From NCBI RefSeq assembly GCF_964059045.1, contig NZ_OZ060402.1, positions 120,001 through 152,000 of the forward strand: a stretch of 32,000 bases of DNA. The letters run 5' to 3'. Positions 1 to 9,034 of this stretch are shown one piece after another. The notes under the pieces were generated by a model. That model had not been told where the DNA came from. It made no database searches and saw only the letters and a program-made list of their open reading frames with translations. The translations under genes were made by a program, and so were the position numbers. Source of the DNA: Candidatus Saccharimonadota bacterium. Its GTDB lineage: Bacteria > Pseudomonadota > Gammaproteobacteria > Enterobacterales > Enterobacteriaceae. Numbering within the stretch: position 1 is the first letter of the stretch; every line of letters begins with the position of its first letter.

Positions 1-317
1 AATTAGGACCTTTGCCTGTTTTAATCCCAGTAGTTATATGGTTATTTTTGCATAATCATACAATATCAGGTGGATTGTTTTTAATTTGGAGTACTAACAT
101 TTTTATATTAGATAGTATTTTACGTCCTTTTTTAATAAAAATGGGTGCTGATATTCCTGCTTTATTAAGTATTTTTGGAGCCATAGGAGGTTTGTTAGTA
201 TTTGGTATGATTGGATTATTTTTAGGTCCAGTTGTATTGGTTATTTCATATCGATTAATATTATCATGGATGAATAATATTCCAGTATCAGAATTTTTAT
301 TAGATAAAAAAAAATAA
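1..317 (+). CDS. ydiK: C-terminal fragment of an AI-2E/PerM-family (UPF0118) inner-membrane transporter; the 5' end lies outside the window
   Basis: The frame is open from the window edge, and the track ORF at 12 begins on an internal TTG. The C-terminus is hydrophobic and TM-rich (LRPFLIKMGADIPALLSIFGAIGGLLVFGMIGLFLGPVVLVISY), which is typical of this family. It sits directly upstream of the aroH-thrS block. The symbol rests on family resemblance and synteny only. Confidence 0.7.
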   Translation, partial: LGPLPVLIPVVIWLFLHNHTISGGLFLIWSTNIFILDSILRPFLIKMGADIPALLSIFGAIGGLLVFGMIGLFLGPVVLVISYRLILSWMNNIPVSEFLLDKKK

Positions 318-464
318 AAAATATGATATTCATTAAAATAAAAAATAAAATCTATATTTAAAAATATAATCTTTTAATTTTATATTTTTAATAATTTTAA
401 ATTTTAATATAATATTTTTATATATATTTATATTTTTAAAAATTAGAAATATTTAATATTTTAA

Positions 465-504
465 TAAACTACATATATTTTAAGATTTAAATATATGTAG
501 TTTA
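465..504. repeat. Perfect inverted repeat, 16-bp arms, 8-nt loop
   Basis: taaactacatatattt (465-480) pairs with aaatatatgtagttta (489-504). I checked every pair by hand. It lies 148 nt downstream of the ydiK stop. Confidence 0.9.
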
Positions 505-539
505 CATATTTTAACATACTTCATAATATTTATTGTTGA

Positions 540-569
540 AATAATTATTAATTTTTATTAATAATTATT
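540..569. repeat. Perfect inverted repeat, 13-bp arms, 4-nt loop (A/T only)
   Basis: aataattattaat (540-552) pairs with attaataattatt (557-569), with loop tttt. The sequence is low complexity, so chance occurrence is plausible. Confidence 0.8.
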
Positions 570-592
570 CATGATTATTTTATTTTTTATTA

Positions 593-655
593 AATTTTAA
601 ATTATCTTATTGATTATATAATTGCCATATAAAATCAATAAGATAATTTAAAATT
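593..655. repeat. Perfect inverted repeat, 23-bp arms plus 4 inner pairs
   Basis: aattttaaattatcttattgatt (593-615) pairs with aatcaataagataatttaaaatt (633-655), and all 23 pairs were checked. After one a:a mismatch, tata (617-620) pairs with tata (628-631), leaving the loop attgcca. Confidence 0.9.
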
Positions 656-991
656 GTTTAATAAAAAAAATAAAATATTTGTATGATACTCAAGAATTAT
701 TAAATTTTGCATTATATTTATAATATTTTGTGATTTTTATTTTTGTGTGATAAACTTTTTATTTTTAAAATATTAGATTTTTGTCTAATTTTTTATTTTT
801 TTAAAAACTATTCTAGATCTTATTTTTAACTTCATTTAATCCTTTTAAATAATATTATAATACTAAAATTATAATTTTAATCACATCTCTTATATAATAT
901 TTTTAAATAATATTTTTTAAAATTTTTAGTTAAGATCTATATTATATATTAAATAATAATACTTATTTAAATAAACCATGTAGAGAATAAA

Positions 992-2038
992 ATGCAAAAA
1001 ACAGATGAATTACGTACAATTAGAATTGATCCATTAATCACACCGTTTGAATTAGCAGAAAAACATAAAATTACTCCAAAAATTATGGATAATGTAATTC
1101 TTACTAGAAAAAATATTGCAAGAATTCTTACTGGAAAAGACAAAAGATTATTAGTTATTATTGGTCCTTGTTCAGTACATGATCCAATTGCAGCTATAGA
1201 GTATGCTCACCGACTTAATGTGTTAAGAAAAAAATATAGTTCAAGATTAGAAATTATTATGCGTACTTATTTTGAAAAACCTAGAACAGTTGTTGGATGG
1301 AAAGGATTAATATCTGATCCAGATCTAGATGGTAGTTTTCGTGTTAATCATGGATTAAATATTGCTAGAAAATTATTATTAGATATAAATTCTATTGGAA
1401 TGCCTGCAGCAACTGAATTTTTAGATATGGTGATCGGTCAATTTATTGCAGATTTAATTAGTTGGGGGGCAATAGGTGCTAGGACTACAGAAAGTCAAAT
1501 TCATCGAGAAATGGCATCAGCTTTATCATGTCCAGTAGGATTCAAAAATGGTACAGATGGTAATATAAGAATTGCTATTGATGCTATTAGAGCTACTAGA
1601 ATTCGACATTTATTCTTGGCACCTAATAAAAACGGTCAAATGACCATTAATCATACTAGTGGTAATCCATTTTGTCATGTTATTATGAGAGGAGGAAAGT
1701 TACCTAATTATCATAAATCAGATGTAATATTAGCAAAAAAACAATTAAGAGAGTTTTTATTGCCTGAATATTTAATGATAGATTGCAGTCACGGTAATTG
1801 TTTGAAAAATCATCTTTTGCAAAAAAAAGTTGCTTCTTCAGTATCAAATCAAATAAAAAATGGTTCAAAAACAATTGTTGGCGTTATGATTGAAAGTTTC
1901 TTAGAAGAAGGCACTCAATTAATTAATAATACAAAAAAAATGGTTTATGGAAAATCAATAACTGATCCTTGTTTATCTTGGAATGATAGTGTAAATATTT
2001 TAGATGAATTATCATTAGCAATTGATTCCAGATTTTAA
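992..2038 (+). CDS. aroH: 3-deoxy-7-phosphoheptulonate (DAHP) synthase, class I, AroH-type
   Basis: The 348-aa ORF is collinear end to end with E. coli AroH as recalled (MxxTDELRT.RI, DKRLLVIIGPCS.HD, LEI.MRTYFEKPRTVVGWKGLISDPDL.GS.RVNHGL, WGAIGARTTESQIHREMASALSCPVGFKNGTDGN, ends D.RF). A purine-rich gagaa lies upstream of the ATG. Confidence 0.95.
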   Translation: MQKTDELRTIRIDPLITPFELAEKHKITPKIMDNVILTRKNIARILTGKDKRLLVIIGPCSVHDPIAAIEYAHRLNVLRKKYSSRLEIIMRTYFEKPRTVVGWKGLISDPDLDGSFRVNHGLNIARKLLLDINSIGMPAATEFLDMVIGQFIADLISWGAIGARTTESQIHREMASALSCPVGFKNGTDGNIRIAIDAIRATRIRHLFLAPNKNGQMTINHTSGNPFCHVIMRGGKLPNYHKSDVILAKKQLREFLLPEYLMIDCSHGNCLKNHLLQKKVASSVSNQIKNGSKTIVGVMIESFLEEGTQLINNTKKMVYGKSITDPCLSWNDSVNILDELSLAIDSRF

Positions 2039-2040
2039 AA

Positions 2041-2076
2041 AACATTGCTGGTCATTTATGACTAGCAATGTTTTTT
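2041..2076 (+). terminator. Rho-independent terminator of aroH
   Basis: cattgctggtcat (2043-2055) pairs with atgactagcaatg (2058-2070). That gives 13 bp with one G:U pair, and the innermost pairs must open to form a loop. The stem is flanked by an A-run upstream and followed by tttttt (2071-2076). It starts 3 nt after the aroH stop. Confidence 0.75.
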
Positions 2077-2293
2077 CTTATACATACATTTTATTAAATA
2101 ATAATTTATGTATAAAATTATGTACATATGAATGACATTTATAGTATAAAATAGTTTATGTTTTAAAATTTACATTATTCAATATAGTGATATATAATAT
2201 TTCTCATATTATATATTTTCGATGTATTATTTAATTCATATTTTTATATATAGATTGAATTATTAATATATCAATTATATTAAAGGATAAAAT

Positions 2294-4222
2294 ATGCCAG
2301 TTATTTATTTTTCTGATGGAAATCAGTACATATCTGATCATCCGGTTTCTTTATTAAAAGTTATTGAACACAATTACCCAAAAATTTTAAATAATTGTGT
2401 TGGAGCCAGCATTGATAATATGTTATTTGATTTAAATACTATCATAAAAAAAAATTGTCTTGTTCAGTTTATCAGAGAAAAAGATATATTGGCTTTAAAT
2501 ATTATTAACAATTCTTGTGTTTATCTTTTAGGATATGCAATAAAAATATTATGGCCTGAATCTCAATTAGGACAAGGTGGGGTTGTTAATAATAGATTTT
2601 ATTATGATTTTGATTTAAATAATAATATTACTAAACATGATTTAAAATTAATTGAACATAAGATGTTAGATTTATCTAAATATGAATTTAATATATTAAA
2701 TAAATATGTTTCAATAAAAGAAGCAATTAAAATTTTTACTATTTTAAATGAACAATATAAATTAAAATTATTATCTCAAAAATTAAATACAGAAAATAAA
2801 ATTTTATTATACTATCATAAAAATTATACGGATTTTGATATAGGAATTCAATTACCTAATATACGTTTTTGTCGATATTTTAAATTAGAAACTTTGTCAG
2901 GAGCTTATTGGAATAGTAAAAAAAGTAATAAAATGTTATATCGAGTATATGGTGTAGTATGGTTAAACAAAAATCAATTAACAGAAAATATCAATCGTTT
3001 AAAATTAATAAAAGAACGAGATCATAGAATTATTAGTAAAAATTTATCTTTTTATCATATGCAAGAAGATGCTCCTGGAATGGTTTTTTGGCATCCTAAT
3101 GGGTTAATTTTATTTCAATTAATAAAACAATTTATCCGTTTAAAATTATTAGAATACAATTATCATGAAGTAAAAACGCCAATTATTATGGATCAAAAAA
3201 TATGGGAAAAAAGTGGACATTGGGATAATTATCAAGAATCAATTTTTACCACTAGTTCAGAAAATAGAAAATATTGTATCAAACCAATGAATTGTCCAGG
3301 TCATTTGCAAATTTTTAATCAAGGGTTACGATCTTATCGTGATTTACCTTATCGAATGGCAGAGTTTGGTAGTTGTCATAGACAAGAACCTTCAGGATCA
3401 TTACATGGATTAATGAGAGTTCGTGCATTTACTCAAGATGACGCCCACATTTTTTGCACTGAAGAACAAATTAGTACTGAAATTGATATTTGTATAAAAA
3501 TGATTTTTAATATTTATAATACATTTGGTTTTAAAAAAATATTAATTAAATTATCTACTCGCCCAGAAAAAAGTATTGGTAGTACTGAAATATGGGATCG
3601 AGCAGAAAAAGATTTAGTTCATGTTTTAAATAAAAATAATTTAAATTTTGAATACCAACCTGGGGAAGGTGCATTTTATGGTCCTAAAATTGAATTAATT
3701 TTAGAAGATTCATTAAATCGTACTTGGCAATGTGGTACTATTCAATTAGATTTCTATTTGTCTCAGAGATTAAATACATTTTATATTAATAAATATAATG
3801 AACGTCAATTTCCTATTATTATTCATCGAGCGGTATTAGGTTCTTTAGAACGTTTTATTGGTATTTTAATTGAAGAATATTCAGGTAATTTTCCTTTATG
3901 GTTGGCTCCAATACAGGTTGTTGTTATTAATATTAACAAAAATCATATTGATTATGTAAAAAAAATAACAAATATATTATTAAAAATTGGAATTCGTGTA
4001 CAATTAGATATTAGAAATGAAAAAATTAATGTAAAAATAAGAGAATATACAATTTTACGGATACCTTATATTTTTATATGTGGCCAGAAAGAATTAGAAG
4101 AGTCTTCAATAACAATTCGTAATCGATCTGGTAAAAGTTTTAAAATTGATGATATTAATTTTATTATTAAAAAATTACAATTTGAAATTAATACTCGTAG
4201 TTTTTCTCAAATGGAGGAATAA
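2294..4222 (+). CDS. thrS: Threonine--tRNA ligase
   Basis: The 642-aa ORF has the same length class as E. coli ThrRS. It carries class II motifs and conserved blocks (RDHR, NCPGH.QIF, SYRDLP.R.AEFG.CHR.EPSG.LHGLMRVR.FTQDDAHIFC, GEGAFYGPKIE, HRA.LGS.ERFIGIL.EE). An aagga Shine-Dalgarno sequence lies upstream. Confidence 0.97.
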   Translation: MPVIYFSDGNQYISDHPVSLLKVIEHNYPKILNNCVGASIDNMLFDLNTIIKKNCLVQFIREKDILALNIINNSCVYLLGYAIKILWPESQLGQGGVVNNRFYYDFDLNNNITKHDLKLIEHKMLDLSKYEFNILNKYVSIKEAIKIFTILNEQYKLKLLSQKLNTENKILLYYHKNYTDFDIGIQLPNIRFCRYFKLETLSGAYWNSKKSNKMLYRVYGVVWLNKNQLTENINRLKLIKERDHRIISKNLSFYHMQEDAPGMVFWHPNGLILFQLIKQFIRLKLLEYNYHEVKTPIIMDQKIWEKSGHWDNYQESIFTTSSENRKYCIKPMNCPGHLQIFNQGLRSYRDLPYRMAEFGSCHRQEPSGSLHGLMRVRAFTQDDAHIFCTEEQISTEIDICIKMIFNIYNTFGFKKILIKLSTRPEKSIGSTEIWDRAEKDLVHVLNKNNLNFEYQPGEGAFYGPKIELILEDSLNRTWQCGTIQLDFYLSQRLNTFYINKYNERQFPIIIHRAVLGSLERFIGILIEEYSGNFPLWLAPIQVVVININKNHIDYVKKITNILLKIGIRVQLDIRNEKINVKIREYTILRIPYIFICGQKELEESSITIRNRSGKSFKIDDINFIIKKLQFEINTRSFSQMEE

Positions 4223-4225
4223 AGT

Positions 4226-4765
4226 ATTAAAGTCGGAAAAAGAATACAACAAACACGGCCTAATCGTATTAATAAAGAAATCCGTGCCTCACAAGTTCGT
4301 TTATCAGGATCAGATTTAGAACCAATGGGTGTTGTGAGCCTAAATGAAGCATTATTAAAAGCTGAAGAATTAGGAGTGGATTTGGTTGAAATCAGTCCTA
4401 ATGCAGAACCTCCTGTTTGTCGTATCATGGATTATGGAAAATTTTTATACGAAAAGAGTAAATATTCTAAAGAACAAAAGAAAAAACAAAAAATTATTCA
4501 TATGAAAGAAATTAAATTTCGTCCAAGTACTGATGAAAGTGATTATCAAGTTAAACTGCGTAATTTAATTCGTTTTTTAGAAGATGGAGATAAAGTTAAA
4601 ATTACTTTAAGATTTCGTGGTAGGGAAATGGCTCATCAAAATATAGGTATAAATATGTTAAAAAGAATAAAAAATGATTTGATTGCTTATTCTATTATAG
4701 AATCATTTCCTGCAAAAATTGAAGGACGTCAAATGATTATGATTTTATCTCCTAAAAAAAAGTAA
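4226..4765 (+). CDS. infC: Translation initiation factor IF-3, starting at a non-canonical ATT codon
   Basis: The track ORF starts at an internal ATG (4325). The same frame is open back to the thrS stop (taa 4220-4222) and encodes [33 protein letters not shown]. This is collinear with the E. coli IF3 N-terminus ([28 protein letters not shown]...). The only start-like codon is ATT at 4226-4228. E. coli infC is known to start on AUU. The resulting 179 codons compare with 180 in E. coli. Confidence 0.93.
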   Translation: MKVGKRIQQTRPNRINKEIRASQVRLSGSDLEPMGVVSLNEALLKAEELGVDLVEISPNAEPPVCRIMDYGKFLYEKSKYSKEQKKKQKIIHMKEIKFRPSTDESDYQVKLRNLIRFLEDGDKVKITLRFRGREMAHQNIGINMLKRIKNDLIAYSIIESFPAKIEGRQMIMILSPKKK

Positions 4766-4848
4766 AATATTTTTTTAACTATTATTATTTTATCTTAATA
4801 ATAAGATTGCACTTTTTTAAAATTTATTATTAAAATTTAGGATTAATT

Positions 4849-5046
4849 ATGTCAAAAATGAAAACATTACGTAGTGCGGCAAAACGATTTAAACAAACAG
4901 CATCAGGTAAATTTAAAAGAAAACAAGCTAATTTACGACATTTATTGACAAAAAAAAATACTAATTATAAAAGACAATTACGTTCTAAAATAGCAGTTTC
5001 TAATGACGATATAAAAAAAGTGATATCTTTTTTCCCATATAGATAA
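4849..5046 (+). CDS. rpmI: 50S ribosomal protein L35
   Basis: This 65-aa basic protein ([35 protein letters not shown]) sits in the conserved infC-rpmI-rplT position. An agga Shine-Dalgarno sequence lies upstream. Confidence 0.95.
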   Translation: MSKMKTLRSAAKRFKQTASGKFKRKQANLRHLLTKKNTNYKRQLRSKIAVSNDDIKKVISFFPYR

Positions 5047-5080
5047 TTTTTTATAAAATCTTTAATACAGGAGAATATGG

Positions 5081-5440
5081 ATGGCACGAATAAAAAGAGG
5101 TGTAGTTGCCCGTGCTCGACATAAAAAAATTTTAAAGCAAGCTAAAGGTTATTATGGTGCAAGATCAAGGGTTTATAGAGTAGCTAAACAAGCTGTTATT
5201 AAAGCTGGTCAATATGCTTATCGAGATAGAAGACAAAAAAAACGTCAATTTCGTCAGTTATGGATAACTAGAATTAATGCTGCTGTACGTAAAAATAATC
5301 TATCTTATAGTCAATTTATGTATGGTTTAAAGAAATCTTTAGTTATTATTGATCGAAAAATATTATCTGATCTAGCAGTTTTTGATTATTTAGCATTTTT
5401 AAAAATAGTAAAAAAAGTACAACTAGTATTAAGTAATTAA
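5081..5440 (+). CDS. rplT: 50S ribosomal protein L20
   Basis: [67 protein letters not shown] is near-identical to E. coli L20 as recalled. A strong aggag Shine-Dalgarno sequence at 5069-5073 lies 7 nt before the ATG. Confidence 0.96.
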   Translation: MARIKRGVVARARHKKILKQAKGYYGARSRVYRVAKQAVIKAGQYAYRDRRQKKRQFRQLWITRINAAVRKNNLSYSQFMYGLKKSLVIIDRKILSDLAVFDYLAFLKIVKKVQLVLSN

Positions 5441-5456
5441 TTAAACTTTTGGTAAA

Positions 5457-5483
5457 GAGGGGAGAATCTACCCCTCGTTGTTT
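5457..5483 (+). terminator. Probable rho-independent terminator after rplT
   Basis: A G/C-rich 6-bp stem, gagggg (5457-5462) with cccctc (5471-5476), encloses an 8-nt loop and is followed by gttgttt. It lies 17 nt after the rplT stop and is the only G/C-rich patch in this spacer. Confidence 0.55.
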
Positions 5484-5620
5484 GCATTATTATTAATAAA
5501 AATAATTTTTATTATGACTAATATAGTATATTTATAACATTTTTATTAATTTATAATTTTATATTTTAAAAATAAAAATGATTGTTAAAAATGATGATAT
5601 CTAAAATTTAAGTGAAAAAT

Positions 5621-6604
5621 ATGAAATTATTAATGAAATTAATAGATTCAACTAAGAAAGAAATTATTAATGCTATTACTATTAAAGATTTAGAACGTAT
5701 TAGAATAGAATGTCTAGGAAAAAGAGGATATTTAAATCTAAAAATAAAAGAACTTAATTTATTAAATAATGAAAAAAAAAAAATAGTTGGTTCATTGTTA
5801 AATAAAATAAAAAAAGATATACAAACTGAATTATTTTTAAAAAAAAACAATATATTAAAAAATTTATTAGATTTGGACTTAAAAAAAGACAAAATTGATG
5901 TTACATTGACTGGAAGACGAATTATTAATGGAAATTTGCATCCTATTACTACTACAATAAATTTTTTAAATTTTTTTTTTGAAAAATTAGGTTTTAATTG
6001 TTCCAACGGTCCTGAAATTGAAGATATATATCATAATTTTGACGCATTAAATATTGATCCCAATCATCCATCTAGAGATATGAAAAATACTTTTTGGTTT
6101 GATTGTAATCGTTTATTAAGGACTCAAACTTCTAGTATGCAGGTGCGAATTATGGAAACTAAATCATTACCTATTCGTTATATTATTCCTGGAAAAGTAT
6201 ATCGTAATGATTATGATTCTACACATACACCAATGTTTCATCAAATTGAAGGTTTAATAATTGATAAGAATATTAACTTTTCCCAATTAAAATGGATTCT
6301 TGAAAGTTGTCTTATTGAATTTTTTGATAATAATATTGAGCTTAGATTTCGTAGTTCTTATTTCCCTTTTACAGTTCCTTCTATAGAAATTGATATTAAA
6401 GGAAATCAGGGTAAGTGGTTAGAAATATTAGGTGGTGGCATGATTCACCCGAAAGTTTTAAAAAATTTAAATATTGATCCTTTATCATATTCAGGTTGTG
6501 CTTTTGGTATTGGGGTAGAACGATTAACGATGTTAAAATATGATATATTTGATATTCGTTCTTTTTTTAAAAATGATATAAGATTTCTTAAACAATTTAA
6601 ATAA
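5621..6604 (+). CDS. pheS: Phenylalanine--tRNA ligase alpha subunit
   Basis: Conserved blocks include HP...TI....FF..LGF....GPEIED.YHNFDALNI..HHP.R, LLRTQTS..Q.R.M, YRND.D.THTPMFHQ.EGL..D, YFPFT.PS.E.D and LRFLKQFK at the C-terminus. The track start is GTG at 5612. I prefer ATG at 5621 because it reproduces the E. coli spacing to the E(Y/C)LGK(K/R)G block exactly. Confidence 0.95.
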   Translation: MKLLMKLIDSTKKEIINAITIKDLERIRIECLGKRGYLNLKIKELNLLNNEKKKIVGSLLNKIKKDIQTELFLKKNNILKNLLDLDLKKDKIDVTLTGRRIINGNLHPITTTINFLNFFFEKLGFNCSNGPEIEDIYHNFDALNIDPNHPSRDMKNTFWFDCNRLLRTQTSSMQVRIMETKSLPIRYIIPGKVYRNDYDSTHTPMFHQIEGLIIDKNINFSQLKWILESCLIEFFDNNIELRFRSSYFPFTVPSIEIDIKGNQGKWLEILGGGMIHPKVLKNLNIDPLSYSGCAFGIGVERLTMLKYDIFDIRSFFKNDIRFLKQFK

Positions 6605-6619
6605 ATAAGGTTTGTTTAA

Positions 6620-9034
6620 ATGAAATTTAGTGAAGAATGGTTACGTGAATTGATTAATCCTTCTATTTCTATTATTGATATTTGTGATCAAATGACAAAA
6701 TCTGGTTTAGAAATAGAAAATATTGAACCAATTTCTGGAGCATTTAGTGGAATAGTTGTTGGAGAGATATTGTCTTGTACATTACATCCTGATGTTAATA
6801 ATTTATTTATATTAACATTAAATATAGGTTTAAAGAAAGATATTAGTATAGTTTGCAGTGCTTTAAATTGTCGTGTAGGTATTAAAGTAGCTGTAGCATT
6901 ATTAGGTGCAGTTTTACCTTCTTCTTTTTGTATAACATCTAGAATTATAAAAGGATTTTTATCTGAAGGTATGTTGTGTTCTTTTAAAGAATTAAATATG
7001 GTTTCTTTTGATAATAATATTATTGAATTACCAATATATGCTGAAATAGGAAAAAATATTAGACATTTTTTTTCTAATAAAGAAAATATTATTTCTGTAT
7101 CTGTGAATCCTAACAGACCTGATGAATTAGGAATGATAGGTATTGCAAGAGAAGTAGCTGTATTAAATAATTTAAAATTACCTGTAATTCCAAGCACGAA
7201 TCTTGTTTTAACCACAAATAATTTTTTACCAATTCATATATCTCAAAATGTGAATTGTATGAGGTATTTTGGTAGAATTTTAAAAAATATAGATATTCAA
7301 CAACAATCTCCTTTTTGGTTAAAGGAAAAATTACGTCGTTCTAATTTTTCTTCAAAAGGTTTGATTACAGATATGATCAATTATTGTATGATTATGTTTG
7401 GACAATTATTTCATGTTTTTGATGCAGATAAGATTCTTCATAGTATTATAGTACGTAATTCTTCTTCATTAGATAAATGTATTTTACCAGATAATTCAAG
7501 TATTGATTTAGATGAGAATTTGGTTGTGATTGTTGATGATTCAAATAATATTTTATCTATTCATGGTGTTATGAATACTAAGTTTTCTACTGTAACTAAA
7601 GATACAAAAAATATATTTTTAGGATGTATTTATTTTCCATTAGATAGTATTTCTATATCTTCAATGTTATTTCAATTAAATTATGATTTTTCTTATCGTT
7701 TTAATAAAGGAATAGATTTAGCTGCACAATATGATGTAATGGATTTTATAACTAATTTATTATTAGATATATTTGGTGGGAAACCTGGTCCCATAATTGA
7801 TAAATTTATGAATCGTAATTTATTTTTTATTAGAAATCATATAATTTTGCATCAAAAAAAAATATATACAATATTAGGCTATAAAATTGAAAATAGAATA
7901 TGTTCAAGTATTTTATGTCAATTAGGGTATACTATTGTTTTTGAAAATCAAGATTATTGGGATTTAATAGTACCAACTTGGAGATTTGATATAAAAATTG
8001 AAGAAGATGTTATAAGTGATATTATGCGTATTTATGGTTATGATCAAAAATGTAGTATTCCAATAAAAGAAAATTCTGCAATTGTCAAAATCAATAAAAT
8101 GAATTTATTCTTAAATAGAATTAAATTTCTTTTAGTTGATAAAGGATACCATGAAGTTATAACATATGGTTTTGTAGATCCAAAAATACAAAAATTATTG
8201 TATCCTGATCAAATTCCTTTATTAATTTCTAATCCTATTTCTCAAGATATGTCATCTATGCGGTTATCATTATGGCCAGGTTTAATCACTTCTGTATTAT
8301 ATAATCAAAAACGACAACAGCAATCTATTCGATTTTTTGAAGTTGGGTTATGTTTTTCTTCTGATTGTGGATATGAATTAAATATAAAACAAGAAAATCA
8401 TTTGTCCGGTATTATTAGTGGAGAGTGTTGTTTACCACATTGGGATATGATGAATAAAAGATTTGATTTTTATGATTTAAAAGGAGATTTAGAATCTATT
8501 TTAGAAATTAACGATAATTTAAATCATATTTCTTTTAAAAGTGAAATATTAGATGGATTACATCCTGGAAAAAGTGCAGGAATTTATTTTTTTAAAAAAA
8601 GAATTGGTTGCATTGGTGTATTACATCCAATGATTCACAAAAAATTAAATTTAAATGATACTGTAATAATGTTTAATATATTATATGATCAATTAAATGA
8701 TATATCTAAATTAAAAGTGTTAAATTTTTCTAAATTACCTATAATTAAACGTGATATTTCAATTATTATAAATGAAGATATTTATGTTGGAGATATTGTT
8801 TTTGTCTGTAAAAATGCTATTTCTAATCAAAATCTTGAAGTAGATATATTAGATATATATCGGAATCAAGAAATAGGTCATGGAAAAAAAAGTATTGCAA
8901 TTAGATTAACATTTTATAATATTAAGAAAACATTAACAGAAAAAGAAATTATTTTTATGTTAGATAAATGTCTTTTAGATTTAAAAAATAAGTTTAAAGC
9001 TATTTTTAGGAATAAATTTGATGGTTCTAAATAA
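6620..9034 (+). CDS. pheT: Phenylalanine--tRNA ligase beta subunit
   Basis: The 804-aa ORF begins MKFSEEWLRE, as E. coli PheT does, and has the N-terminal tRNA-binding domain (VVGEIL.C..HP....L). It lies 15 nt downstream of pheS, with aaggt upstream. Confidence 0.95.
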   Translation: MKFSEEWLRELINPSISIIDICDQMTKSGLEIENIEPISGAFSGIVVGEILSCTLHPDVNNLFILTLNIGLKKDISIVCSALNCRVGIKVAVALLGAVLPSSFCITSRIIKGFLSEGMLCSFKELNMVSFDNNIIELPIYAEIGKNIRHFFSNKENIISVSVNPNRPDELGMIGIAREVAVLNNLKLPVIPSTNLVLTTNNFLPIHISQNVNCMRYFGRILKNIDIQQQSPFWLKEKLRRSNFSSKGLITDMINYCMIMFGQLFHVFDADKILHSIIVRNSSSLDKCILPDNSSIDLDENLVVIVDDSNNILSIHGVMNTKFSTVTKDTKNIFLGCIYFPLDSISISSMLFQLNYDFSYRFNKGIDLAAQYDVMDFITNLLLDIFGGKPGPIIDKFMNRNLFFIRNHIILHQKKIYTILGYKIENRICSSILCQLGYTIVFENQDYWDLIVPTWRFDIKIEEDVISDIMRIYGYDQKCSIPIKENSAIVKINKMNLFLNRIKFLLVDKGYHEVITYGFVDPKIQKLLYPDQIPLLISNPISQDMSSMRLSLWPGLITSVLYNQKRQQQSIRFFEVGLCFSSDCGYELNIKQENHLSGIISGECCLPHWDMMNKRFDFYDLKGDLESILEINDNLNHISFKSEILDGLHPGKSAGIYFFKKRIGCIGVLHPMIHKKLNLNDTVIMFNILYDQLNDISKLKVLNFSKLPIIKRDISIIINEDIYVGDIVFVCKNAISNQNLEVDILDIYRNQEIGHGKKSIAIRLTFYNIKKTLTEKEIIFMLDKCLLDLKNKFKAIFRNKFDGSK

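Noticed and set aside
2190-2216. An 11-bp A/T hairpin (atatataatat / atattatatat, loop ttctc) followed by ttt, 77 nt upstream of thrS. I considered it as a thrS operator mimicking the tRNA-Thr anticodon arm, or as an attenuator.
   Set aside because: The loop does not resemble a tRNA-Thr anticodon loop, and the stem is pure alternating A/T, which arises easily by chance here. I cannot support a regulatory role.
4207-4428. A 73-aa ORF antisense to the thrS-infC junction
   Set aside because: It overlaps the strongly conserved IF3 N-terminal coding region and has no motif, so it is an antisense artefact.
5608-6006. A 132-aa ORF antisense to the pheS 5' region
   Set aside because: It is a Phe/Ile/Lys-rich low-complexity translation of the strand opposite a conserved gene, with no independent support.
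6688-7215. A 175-aa ORF antisense to pheT
   Set aside because: It lies entirely inside the well-conserved pheT frame. It has no Shine-Dalgarno sequence and no recognisable motif. Long stop-free antisense frames are a known by-product of strong codon bias, so I treat it as spurious.
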